NCBI GenBank assembly: GCA_040508545.1
Contig: JBEVMR010000098.1
Location: 2,885-66,884, forward strand
Reading direction: 5' to 3'
Length of the DNA: 64,000 nt
DNA from: Solirubrobacterales bacterium
GTDB taxonomy: Bacteria > Actinomycetota > Thermoleophilia > Solirubrobacterales > 70-9
The notes under the pieces were generated by a model, which saw only the letters and a list, made by a program, of their open reading frames with translations, was not told the DNA's origin and made no database searches. Made by a program: the position numbers and the translations under genes. How positions within the stretch are numbered: position 1 is the stretch's first letter; each line of letters starts with the position of its first letter. Of the stretch, positions 36,147 through 44,444 are shown one piece after another.

Positions 36147-37589
36147 CTAGCGGTGCGCCGGGCCGACCTGCACGTCGAATCGCTCGCCAAGCGTGTCCAG
36201 CGTCTTGCGGTAGCGGGAAGAGTCCCAGGGTTGGGTTGCGAGGAGCGCGGTGGCTCCGGCCATTCGCCGGGCCCTTGGGTACCAGCGGTCGAAGTCCAGG
36301 CCGCAGTCGATCATGACCTTGGGCGGCAGCGCGCGGGCGATGCGGCCGAGGTTGTACATCGACAGCGTGATCGAGGCCCAGATGATCGCGGACCGCGATT
36401 TCGTCGCGAGGTCCTCGAGGTCGAGCTCGTACAGTCGCGCGGCGCGGAGCTTGTCGCGGAACATGAGGTGCGTCAGGTGGTAACCGGCAAACGACGTGAA
36501 GGGCCCCGTGACGCTCGAGCGCAGCTGGATCGACAGCACGTTGCCCGTGTCCGAGACGAAGGGCTCGTATGGACGTCGTGGCTGGGCGAGGTAGCCGGTG
36601 CAGCTCACGATCCAGCTGTCGGCGGGGATCGCCAGCGATCGGCCGTCGCGAAGGGCGATCGCAGGCCCGTCGGTCGTGTCGAGCACGTCATCGAGGTGTC
36701 CGGGCTCGATGCGTTGCATCCCTGCCCGCACGTCGGCGCACTCGGCGTCGGACAGGTAGGCGCTGAAGAAGTTGGCCGGCTCGGCCGACGGGCTGATGCC
36801 GTAGGTGTCGGCGAACCATGCGGCGACGTCTTGCTCGTTGGTGCCATCGAAGCGGAGAGCGACCTGGCGCAGCATCGCGTTGATGCGGGTACCGCCGTAC
36901 CAGCGTCTCGGGCCGGTCGGGAAGAACGTCTCGCGACGGCTGAACATCGTGCCCGAGCCGGCCACCATGTTCAGCTCGCGCCCAGGGCATTCCCGGCGCA
37001 GCATCAGGGCGACGTCCATGGCGGTCTTGCCGCTGCCGATGATCCAGACCGGGCTGCTGTCCTCAGGTCGCTCGGCGATCAGGCCCGACAGTGCCTCTGG
37101 AGTGGTCGAGCGAACGGCGGCGCTCGAGAGCGACAGCGGTGAGCTGGGCAGGACGTCGTTGCCGTACGCCTTGATCAACCGCTTGGCGGTCAGGGTCTCA
37201 TTCCGACCGTCCGGGCCCCGCACGGTTACCGTTACGGTGCCGCCAGCCTCGGCGTGCTCGATGTACTCCCAGCCGAAACGCTCGTCGAGATCCACTTTCG
37301 TGCGCACCACGTCGACGCAGTAGCGCAGGTGGTCGAGCACCTCGTCGCGGGTCGCCAGGTGGCTGGCCGGCTTGTCCAGCTGCCAGGCGATGTTGCCGGC
37401 GGTGAAGATCGGGTGGGGTTGGTGCAGCCGGACGAAGTCGTAGGTGTCCACCCACATCCCTCCGGCGCGGGGGCGGCTGTCGACGAGGACGACCCGGTCG
37501 CGCGGGGAGAGGTAGCGGCTGGCGACAGCCAGCGCATTGAGCCCGGTGATGCCTCCGCCGATGATGATCAGCTCGTTGGTCTCTTCCAC
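36147..37589 (-). CDS. FAD/NAD(P)-binding oxidoreductase (flavin monooxygenase-like)
   Basis: GTG at 37589 is preceded by GGGGAGGA, giving VEETNELIIIGGGITGLNA (GxGxxG) at the N-terminus. A second dinucleotide motif is VWIIGSGKTAMDV. The track start at 37658 lies in an AT-rich spacer. Confidence 0.8.
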   Translation of the reverse strand: MEETNELIIIGGGITGLNALAVASRYLSPRDRVVLVDSRPRAGGMWVDTYDFVRLHQPHPIFTAGNIAWQLDKPASHLATRDEVLDHLRYCVDVVRTKVDLDERFGWEYIEHAEAGGTVTVTVRGPDGRNETLTAKRLIKAYGNDVLPSSPLSLSSAAVRSTTPEALSGLIAERPEDSSPVWIIGSGKTAMDVALMLRRECPGRELNMVAGSGTMFSRRETFFPTGPRRWYGGTRINAMLRQVALRFDGTNEQDVAAWFADTYGISPSAEPANFFSAYLSDAECADVRAGMQRIEPGHLDDVLDTTDGPAIALRDGRSLAIPADSWIVSCTGYLAQPRRPYEPFVSDTGNVLSIQLRSSVTGPFTSFAGYHLTHLMFRDKLRAARLYELDLEDLATKSRSAIIWASITLSMYNLGRIARALPPKVMIDCGLDFDRWYPRARRMAGATALLATQPWDSSRYRKTLDTLGERFDVQVGPAHR

Positions 37590-37677
37590 GATGTCCTCCC
37601 CGATCCGCGACGATCCGAGCCCTCGCAACGCTAACATAAGAAAAGAAAGTAGCGGCATAACTTTATGAAGGAGGGGT

Positions 37678-38382
37678 TTGGTGACGGAGCGCTCGTACGG
37701 CCAGTACTGCGGTCTTGCCGGCGCGCTTGACCTCGTCGGCGAGCGCTGGACTCTGTTGATCGTCCGCGAGCTGATGTCGGGACCGAAGCGCTACACCGAT
37801 CTCGCCGACGGCCTGCCGGGTATCGGCACGAGCCTGCTGGCCAAGCGGCTGGCGAAACTCGAGAACGGCGAAGTGATCGAACGACGGCTGCTTCCCCCAC
37901 CGACCGCCGCAACGGTGTACGACCTCGCGCCCGCCGGCCACGAACTGGCCGCAGCCCTGGGCCCGCTCATCACGTGGGGCCTGCGCCACGCCGTTCCAGA
38001 GGCCCCAGGGAACCGCCAGTACAGCGCGACCTGGTGCGTCTTGCCCTTCACCCAGCCCGCCGACCCGCTGGCGCTCGCAGGCATCGAGGCGACCTACGAG
38101 TTCCGCATCCGCGACACCTCAGCGCTCCTGCGCGTACACGACGGACATGCCGAACTGCTCTCCCCGGGAACAGCCACACCGGACACCATGATCTCGATGG
38201 ACCCCGCGACCGTCGCGGCCCTCGGCGCCGGCCGCCGCACGATCAGTGAGGCCGCGGCCGATGGCGCGATCACCGTCGACGGCGACCTCAACGCAGCCGC
38301 CGCACTCTTTGCTGCTTTCGAGAGCAGCGGCGCTTTGGGTGAGTCTACGACCACGCCGCAAGGTGCATCACTCGCGGGGTAG
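37678..38382 (+). CDS. HxlR-type winged-helix transcriptional regulator with a C-terminal extension
   Basis: CGLAGALDLVGERWTLLIVRELMSGPKRYTDLADGLPGIGTSLLAKRLAKLE. Start is TTG 37678 or GTG 37681, following GAAGGAGGGG. Confidence 0.85.
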   Translation: MVTERSYGQYCGLAGALDLVGERWTLLIVRELMSGPKRYTDLADGLPGIGTSLLAKRLAKLENGEVIERRLLPPPTAATVYDLAPAGHELAAALGPLITWGLRHAVPEAPGNRQYSATWCVLPFTQPADPLALAGIEATYEFRIRDTSALLRVHDGHAELLSPGTATPDTMISMDPATVAALGAGRRTISEAAADGAITVDGDLNAAAALFAAFESSGALGESTTTPQGASLAG

Positions 38383-38415
38383 CCTTCTCATCGTCGTATT
38401 TCTTGTCAGAGGAGA

Positions 38416-38982
38416 TTGGTGCCGGACGAGTCATTCAGCTCACGCGCACGGTTGTTGGCCGATGTCGCCGACAACCTTGACCACCCACTGAGCATTCCGT
38501 GGCTTCGCGAGTTTCTCGCTCAGCGCGTGCCGGTCGCCCTCCTCCACGGCATATGGGGACACATTCGATGGCGCCGGTCACTTGGAAGGCCCGCGGGATC
38601 GCTCGCGAGCGGCTTCGCGGTGGAGCAGTCGATGCAGGAGACGGTTATTGACTACGAGAATCCCGCAGGGTTCACCACCTTCACGACGACCGAACCGCTG
38701 ATTGTTTGGGACGGGCCAAATGACGGCGAGTATTACCGCGTGACGTTCAGTTCCGTCAACGTCTTACAAGGTGAGGTGACGACACTGAGGGCGCGGTTTG
38801 CCCCAACGCGGTGGGAGGACGCCAGCCAATCGGGGGGCCTTTGGCGCATCGATCCGAGTCATGCTGTGCTCGACATATCGAGTGGCAACACGTTTTTCCT
38901 CCTCCCGGAAATGGAGGTCAAGCGCGATCGTATACCGCTGGGGCAGCTTCACTTCGTACCGCCAGCCGTGCTTGGTCCATAA
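38416..38982 (+). CDS. Hypothetical protein (low GC)
   Basis: 188-aa ORF at the right end of island 2. An internal ATG (MQETVIDYENP...) is an alternative start. No recognised family. Confidence 0.4.
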   Translation: MVPDESFSSRARLLADVADNLDHPLSIPWLREFLAQRVPVALLHGIWGHIRWRRSLGRPAGSLASGFAVEQSMQETVIDYENPAGFTTFTTTEPLIVWDGPNDGEYYRVTFSSVNVLQGEVTTLRARFAPTRWEDASQSGGLWRIDPSHAVLDISSGNTFFLLPEMEVKRDRIPLGQLHFVPPAVLGP

Positions 38983-39154
38983 GTATGAGGGGAAAGCGGG
39001 CGAGGCTAGTTGGCTCTTGCCAGGATTGATCGTAGTCAAGGCTTCCGCATCTTCAGAGTCCGATGGTCCAGCTCCGATTGGAGCCTTTTACCGAGGGAGC
39101 TTGATGGTCACGCTGGCTGAGCTCACAAGGAAGCAGGCTATGGGCGATAGGACC

Positions 39155-39197
39155 CCTTTTAAGCCGCGCGGCGCGGGTTCGAATCCCGTCGGGGGCA
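39155..39197 (+). repeat. Direct-repeat copy of the tRNA-Lys 3' portion (distal att-like site of island 2)
   Basis: ccttttaagccgcgcggcgcgggttcgaatcccgtcgggggca matches 30899-30941 at 42 of 43 nt. Confidence 0.85.
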
Positions 39198-39746
39198 TTG
39201 ACCGTGCCGAGTGATCCGCCTGTCCTGATCATCACCGGGCCGCCCGGGGCCGGGAAGACCACGACGGCCGCCGCGCTTGCTGCCCGCTTCCCTCGCGCGG
39301 TCCACCTCGAATCCGACCGGTTCTTCGAGTTCATCCACTCCGACTACGTGGAGCCGTGGAAGCCGGAGTCCGCCGAGCAGAACCAGGTCGTGATGCGGAT
39401 CGTCGCCGAGGCGGCCGCGGGCTATGCGGCGGCTGGCTACTTCACCGTCATCGATGGGATCGTTATCCCCGGTTGGTTCCTCGAGCCGGTGCGCGACGCC
39501 CTGCGCGAGGCAGGGCACGACGTCGCGCTGGCCGTGCTGCGCGCACCCATGGCGATATGCGTCGAGCGCGTGCAGGAGCGCGAAGGGGGGCCGAGCGTCG
39601 ACGCGGCCGCCTTGGAGCAGCTCTGGCGAAGCTTCGACGGCATCGGCGAGCTCGAGGCGAACGTGCTCGAGCTGGATCGGGAGAGCAGCGACCAGATCAG
39701 CGAGATGCTCGCTCGCCGCCTCGACGAAGGCCTGCTGCGGATATGA
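39198..39746 (+). CDS. P-loop kinase-like protein (AAA_33 / small-molecule kinase type)
   Basis: 182 aa. Walker A ITGPPGAGKTT near the N-terminus. The size and layout fit small P-loop kinases. Start is TTG 39198 or GTG 39204. Confidence 0.7.
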   Translation: MTVPSDPPVLIITGPPGAGKTTTAAALAARFPRAVHLESDRFFEFIHSDYVEPWKPESAEQNQVVMRIVAEAAAGYAAAGYFTVIDGIVIPGWFLEPVRDALREAGHDVALAVLRAPMAICVERVQEREGGPSVDAAALEQLWRSFDGIGELEANVLELDRESSDQISEMLARRLDEGLLRI

Positions 39747-40426
39747 GCCCCTCCGCTGACAAACGATTGCTCCAGGTTCCCTGCGACGTCGAGGCCGAAG
39801 ACGAGCGCCGCCTCGACCGGATCCGGGCCGAGGCCGACGCCGGCTTCGACGCCATGCGCGACGTCGACGACGGCGTCTCGGTCTTCGGCTCGGCCCGAAT
39901 CGGCGAGGGCCACCGCTGGTACGAGCTCTGTCGCGAGACCGGCGCCTGTCTGGCTCGCCACGGCTTCACCGTCATCACCGGTGGCGGGCCGGGGCTGATG
40001 GAGGCGGCGAACCGCGGCGCCGCCGAGGCCGGCGGCCTCTCGGTCGGCCTCAACATCGAGCTGCCGCACGAGCAGCACGTCAACCCATACGTCAACCGCA
40101 GCCTCCAGTTCCACTACTTCTTCGCCCGCAAGCTGATGTTCGTCCGCTACGCCCGCGCCTTTGTCATCTTCCCCGGCGGCTTCGGCACGCTCGACGAGCT
40201 GTTCGAGAGCCTCACCCTGATCCAGACGCACCGGGTCCAGCACTTCCCGACGATCCTCGTCGGGAGCGAGTTCTGGCAGCCGCTGCTCGGCTGGATCGAC
40301 GTCCAGCTGGAGGACGAAGGCCTGATCTCCCCCGGCGACAAAGAGCTGCTGCTCATCGCCGAGACCCCGGAGGAAGTCTGCGATCACGTGCGTCGCGCCA
40401 GCGCGGCGCAGAAGCAGCTGAGCTGA
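39743..40426 (+). CDS. LOG family (TIGR00730) nucleotide 5'-monophosphate nucleosidase
   Basis: VSVFGSAR..., ITGGGPGLMEAANRGA, PGGFGTLDELFE. ATGA overlap with the kinase-like gene. Confidence 0.9.
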   Translation: MSPSADKRLLQVPCDVEAEDERRLDRIRAEADAGFDAMRDVDDGVSVFGSARIGEGHRWYELCRETGACLARHGFTVITGGGPGLMEAANRGAAEAGGLSVGLNIELPHEQHVNPYVNRSLQFHYFFARKLMFVRYARAFVIFPGGFGTLDELFESLTLIQTHRVQHFPTILVGSEFWQPLLGWIDVQLEDEGLISPGDKELLLIAETPEEVCDHVRRASAAQKQLS

Positions 40427-40574
40427 ACCTCCAAGAGCCAGGCGGGCCTGGCGCCGTCCGTTCCCTTCCCTATGCTTTTGAAGCGTACTTGGCTCTCGGA
40501 CGGCGAAAGAGCCCCTGGGCTCTGCCTATGGCTAGCTGTCCGGGGGCCTTTTGCTAAAGCGCTCGACGCCGCAC

Positions 40575-41228
40575 TCAGTAGTAGTGAGTCGAGCCGATCG
40601 ACCAGACGTCGAACTCCGACTCGATCTTGTCCTGAATCAGGTCATAGGAACGACTGTCGTCTCTCTCCCACTTGCGCTGTATGGCCCAGACGCAATAGTC
40701 CGCGACCTGCAGGCACGGATCGCTTTCGGCGGGCCAGAACGCAACCCGATGGGATGCACACGGAGAGACCTGATCCACGACGTCGTCGACCGCCGTATGA
40801 AAGCTTCCACGCTTCTTCTTCGTGCCAAGGCGCGACGCGACGACGAATAGCCGGTCGTCAGGTCCCGCTATCAGCGGCGCAACGTGCTTGAAGTGCAGAA
40901 ACCAAGCCATCTTGTACAGGGCGGATTCCTGGTGCAGATGGGGCTGCGCTTTTGACTTCTCGAGGATGGTCGCGTCGATCCGGAAGTTGCCTCGGGCGAG
41001 AATGTCGAACACCTCGTCGCGCACCGCTTGGGGGTCGTCCGTTGCGTGGAAGACCTTGTCGAGATGGGTTCCACGCCAGCCCATCTCGCGTCGTAGCTGC
41101 AAGAGTCGGTCTCCCACGTGGCAATCGTTCGCGGTGACGGTGCCGAGGATGAAATAGCGACTCGCCCCAGATTTCCGCGAGAAATCGAAATTGCCGGCCT
41201 CGTCCGAGAAGACGTAGCGGTCGGCCAT
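40575..41228 (-). CDS. DUF3800-like protein
   Basis: 217 aa. N-terminal YVFSDEAGNFDF and C-terminal CLQVADYCVWAI fit my memory of the DUF3800 pattern. Lower GC than the flanking genes. Confidence 0.6.
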   Translation of the reverse strand: MADRYVFSDEAGNFDFSRKSGASRYFILGTVTANDCHVGDRLLQLRREMGWRGTHLDKVFHATDDPQAVRDEVFDILARGNFRIDATILEKSKAQPHLHQESALYKMAWFLHFKHVAPLIAGPDDRLFVVASRLGTKKKRGSFHTAVDDVVDQVSPCASHRVAFWPAESDPCLQVADYCVWAIQRKWERDDSRSYDLIQDKIESEFDVWSIGSTHYY

Positions 41229-41237
41229 GTCGACTGG

Positions 41238-42854
41238 TTAGTGCCGGAAATGCCGGTGCTTGGTGAAGACCATCGGGATCGAGGCTGAGTCGCAGGCCTC
41301 GATCACCTCGGCGTCGCGTTTCGAGCCGCCGGGCTGGATCACTGAGTTGGCGCCGGCGTCGATCGCCGCCTGGGGCCCATCGGCGAAGGGGAAGAAGGCG
41401 TCTGAGGCGACGGCTGAGCCGGCGAGCAGGCCGCCGGCGTCCTCGCCGCGGGCGTCGCGGCACTTCTCGACCGCGAGGCGGACCGAGTCGACACGGCTCA
41501 TCTGGCCGGCGCCGATGCCGAGCGTTGCGCCGCCCCTGGCGATCACGATCGCGTTGGAGCGGACGTGGCGGACGACCGTCCAGGCGAAGAGCAGATCGTC
41601 CCACTGCTCCTGGCTCGGCTCGGTCTTGGTCACCGTCTCCATCATCTGGCGCGGCTCGGGGTCGCCGTCGCGGTCCTGGATCAGGAGGCCGCCGCGGACC
41701 CGCTTGACGTCGCGTTCCGCGGGGTCGGGCTGGCGGCGCTCCTCGTCGCAGAGGATGCGGATCGCCTCCTTGCGCTGCAGCACCTCCAGCGCGCCGTCCT
41801 CGAAGCCGGGCGCGAACAGCACCTCGACGAAGTTCTCGTGCAGCGCCTCGGCCAGCGCCACGCTGACCGGCCGGTTGAGCGCGATCACGCCGCCGTAGGC
41901 GGAGATCGGGTCGCAGGCGAGCGCCTTGAGATAGGCGTGGAGCGCGTCCTCGCCGACCGCCACCCCGCAGGGGTTGTTGTGCTTGACGATCGTGCAGGCG
42001 GGCGGATCGAAGTCTTCGTTCAGCCGCCGCGCCGAGTCGAGGTCGAGCACGTTGTTGAAGGAGAGCGCCTTGCCGTGCAGCTTCGAGACTCCGGCGAGGA
42101 CGTGACTGCGCAGGCCAGCCTCGGAGTAGAGGGCCGCCCGCTGGTGCGGGTTCTCGCCGTAGGCGAGGTCGAGCTCCTTCTCGTAGGAGACCGTCAGGTG
42201 TTCGGGGAAGTCCTCGTATGAGGTCGAGAACCAGCGGCTGATCGCGGCGTCGTAGCGGGCCGTCTGGGCGAAGGCCTCGTTGGCCAGCCAGTGGCTGGTC
42301 GAGGCCGAGACCTCGCCGCCGCTCTCCTCCAGCTCGGCGCAGACCGCGTCGTAGGACTCCGGTTTGACGACGACGGCGACGCCCTCGTGGTTCTTCGCGG
42401 CGGCGCGGATCATCGTCGGCCCGCCGATGTCGATGTTCTCGACCGCGACGTCGGGGTCGACGTCATGCGCGGCGACGGTCTGCTCGAAGGGATAGAGGTT
42501 GACGCAGACCAGGTCGATCGGCTCGATCCCCTCACGCTCCAGGATTGCCATGTGCTCCGGGTCGCCGCGACGGGCGAGCAGCGCCGCGTGCAGGCGCGGG
42601 TGCAGCGTCTTCACGCGGCCGCCGAGGATCTCCTCCTGGCCGGTGAACTCGGAGACGTCCGTCACCTCCAGCCCCGCCTCGCGCAGCGCGCTGGCGGTCC
42701 CGCCGGTGGAGAGGATCTCGACGCCCTGCGTTGCGAGCGTCTTGGCGAAGTCGGCGACCCCGGTCTTGTCGGAGACCGAGATCAGCGCCCGGCGCACCCG
42801 GATCGCGCCGTTGCTCACGGCTTCGGATCGGGTGTCGGCGGCGGCCTCACTCAT
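41238..42854 (-). CDS. purH: Bifunctional AICAR transformylase / IMP cyclohydrolase
   Basis: 538 aa. RALISVSDKTG, GGRVKTLHP, KHNNPCG, ASDAFFPF, ending FRH. Confidence 0.95.
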   Translation of the reverse strand: MSEAAADTRSEAVSNGAIRVRRALISVSDKTGVADFAKTLATQGVEILSTGGTASALREAGLEVTDVSEFTGQEEILGGRVKTLHPRLHAALLARRGDPEHMAILEREGIEPIDLVCVNLYPFEQTVAAHDVDPDVAVENIDIGGPTMIRAAAKNHEGVAVVVKPESYDAVCAELEESGGEVSASTSHWLANEAFAQTARYDAAISRWFSTSYEDFPEHLTVSYEKELDLAYGENPHQRAALYSEAGLRSHVLAGVSKLHGKALSFNNVLDLDSARRLNEDFDPPACTIVKHNNPCGVAVGEDALHAYLKALACDPISAYGGVIALNRPVSVALAEALHENFVEVLFAPGFEDGALEVLQRKEAIRILCDEERRQPDPAERDVKRVRGGLLIQDRDGDPEPRQMMETVTKTEPSQEQWDDLLFAWTVVRHVRSNAIVIARGGATLGIGAGQMSRVDSVRLAVEKCRDARGEDAGGLLAGSAVASDAFFPFADGPQAAIDAGANSVIQPGGSKRDAEVIEACDSASIPMVFTKHRHFRH

Positions 42855-43467
42855 CGGTGACGACGACCCTGGGGTCGTCTGCGTCGATCCTAACTAGGCC
42901 CTGCGCGATCATGCGGATCGCCTCCGGGTAGAGCTCGTGCTCGACCGCGTGGATCGCCTGCTCGAGCCGCCCTCGATCGCGGTCCGCCGGCACGGCGACC
43001 TCGCGCTGCACGATCGGCGGGCCGGTGTCGACTCCCTCGTCGACGAAATGGACCGTGACGCCGGTCGTCTCGACCCCCGCCTCGAGCGCCTGGCCGATCG
43101 CGTCGAGCCCGGGGAAGGCGGGCAGCAGCGCCGGGTGGACGTTGACGATCCGCGCCCGGAAGCGGGCGACGAAGGTGGGGGAGAGCAACTGCATATAGCC
43201 GGCGAGGACGACGAGGTCGGCGCTGCGCTCCTCGATCCACCCAGCCATCGCCACGTCGCGCGCCTCACGGCCGCTGTACTCGTCGCGGGGGAAGACCGCG
43301 GTCTCGACATCGACCCGCCGAGCGCGCTCCAGCGCCCGTGCACCGGGCTTGTCGGATGCGGCCCCAACCACCTCGATCCCCTCGCGCCCGTGCAGCGTGT
43401 CGAGGATCGCCTGCAGGTTGGTGCCCGAACCCGAGGCGAGCACTACGAGCTTGAACGCTTCGGCCAC
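42847..43467 (-). CDS. purN: Phosphoribosylglycinamide formyltransferase
   Basis: VLASGSGTNLQAI, LAGYMQLL, IVNVHPALLP, TGVTVHFVDEGVDTGP. Confidence 0.9.
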   Translation of the reverse strand: MAEAFKLVVLASGSGTNLQAILDTLHGREGIEVVGAASDKPGARALERARRVDVETAVFPRDEYSGREARDVAMAGWIEERSADLVVLAGYMQLLSPTFVARFRARIVNVHPALLPAFPGLDAIGQALEAGVETTGVTVHFVDEGVDTGPPIVQREVAVPADRDRGRLEQAIHAVEHELYPEAIRMIAQGLVRIDADDPRVVVTDE

Positions 43468-43484
43468 CGTGGCATTATCGCCGC

Positions 43485-44444
43485 GTGTCGCTCCTCGACC
43501 AGCTCGGCCTCTCCACCCCGATCGTCCAGGCTGGCATGGGCGGCGCGATCAGCCGCCACGAGCTGGCGGCCGCGGTCAGCGAGGCCGGCGGCTTGGGGAC
43601 GATCGCGGTGGCCGGCCCGCAGGCGATCCGGCGGGAGCTGGCTGCCGCGCGAGCGCTGACCGAGCGGCCGATCGCCGTGAACGTGCTGCTTCCCTTTGCC
43701 CGGAGAAGCTGGTTCGAGGCAGCCGCGGGGGCCGATGTGATCGTCACCTTCTGGGGCGCGCCGAAGCGCCGCGCCGGCGGCTTCTGGGCCCACCAGTGCG
43801 GCTCGGTGGCCGAGGCGCGCTCGGCCTACGCCGCAGGTGCCGACGCGGTGATCGTCCAGGGTGTCGAGGCCGGCGGCCACGTGCGCGGGAGCCTGCCGGC
43901 CCTGGAGTTGCTCGAGCGCATCAGGGCTGCCTTGCCCCCCAGCTATCCGCTGCTTCTCGCCGGCGGGATCGCGGAGCGCGCCGACGTTCGCCAGGCGCTC
44001 GAGGCGGGGGCGAGCGCCGCCGTCGCCGGAACGCGCTTCCTGCTCTCGGACGAGAGCCGCGCGCACCCCGAGTACAAGCGGCGCCTGCTGGGGGCGGAGG
44101 AGACGATCCTCACCGAGCTCTTCGGCCTCAGCTGGCCCGCGCCCCACCGGGTGATTCGCAACGCCGCCACCGAGCATCACCTCAGCGGCATCTCCGGCGT
44201 CCCGACCCTGAACCGAGCCCTCAACCACCTGCTCGCCCCCGGCGCCCGCTTCACCCCCGCAGCGCTCCAGCGGCGCTTGATCGTTGCCCAGCGCCCGAGC
44301 AGCCGGATGCTGACGCCCCAGGGCCCGACCGACGACGGCCCCGAGACCTTGCTCGACGCCGGCCCTCTATATGCGGGCCAAACGGTCGCCCGTATCGGCG
44401 ATCTCCGCCCTGCAGCAGAGATCGTCAGCGACCTGACGCCTTAG
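43485..44444 (+). CDS. Nitronate monooxygenase family (NMO / FabK-like) flavoprotein
   Basis: PIVQAGMGG..., VQGVEAGGH, LLLAGGI, AVAGTRFL. Confidence 0.85.
   Translation: MSLLDQLGLSTPIVQAGMGGAISRHELAAAVSEAGGLGTIAVAGPQAIRRELAAARALTERPIAVNVLLPFARRSWFEAAAGADVIVTFWGAPKRRAGGFWAHQCGSVAEARSAYAAGADAVIVQGVEAGGHVRGSLPALELLERIRAALPPSYPLLLAGGIAERADVRQALEAGASAAVAGTRFLLSDESRAHPEYKRRLLGAEETILTELFGLSWPAPHRVIRNAATEHHLSGISGVPTLNRALNHLLAPGARFTPAALQRRLIVAQRPSSRMLTPQGPTDDGPETLLDAGPLYAGQTVARIGDLRPAAEIVSDLTP

Larger units (their letters stand above)
30899..39197. mobile_element. tRNA-Lys-anchored mosaic island (about 8.3 kb), no integrase present
   Basis: The 43-nt 3' part of the tRNA (30899-30941) is repeated in the same orientation at 39155-39197 with one mismatch. 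The interior has low-GC ends, a pseudogene and a second tRNA relic. Confidence 0.5.
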
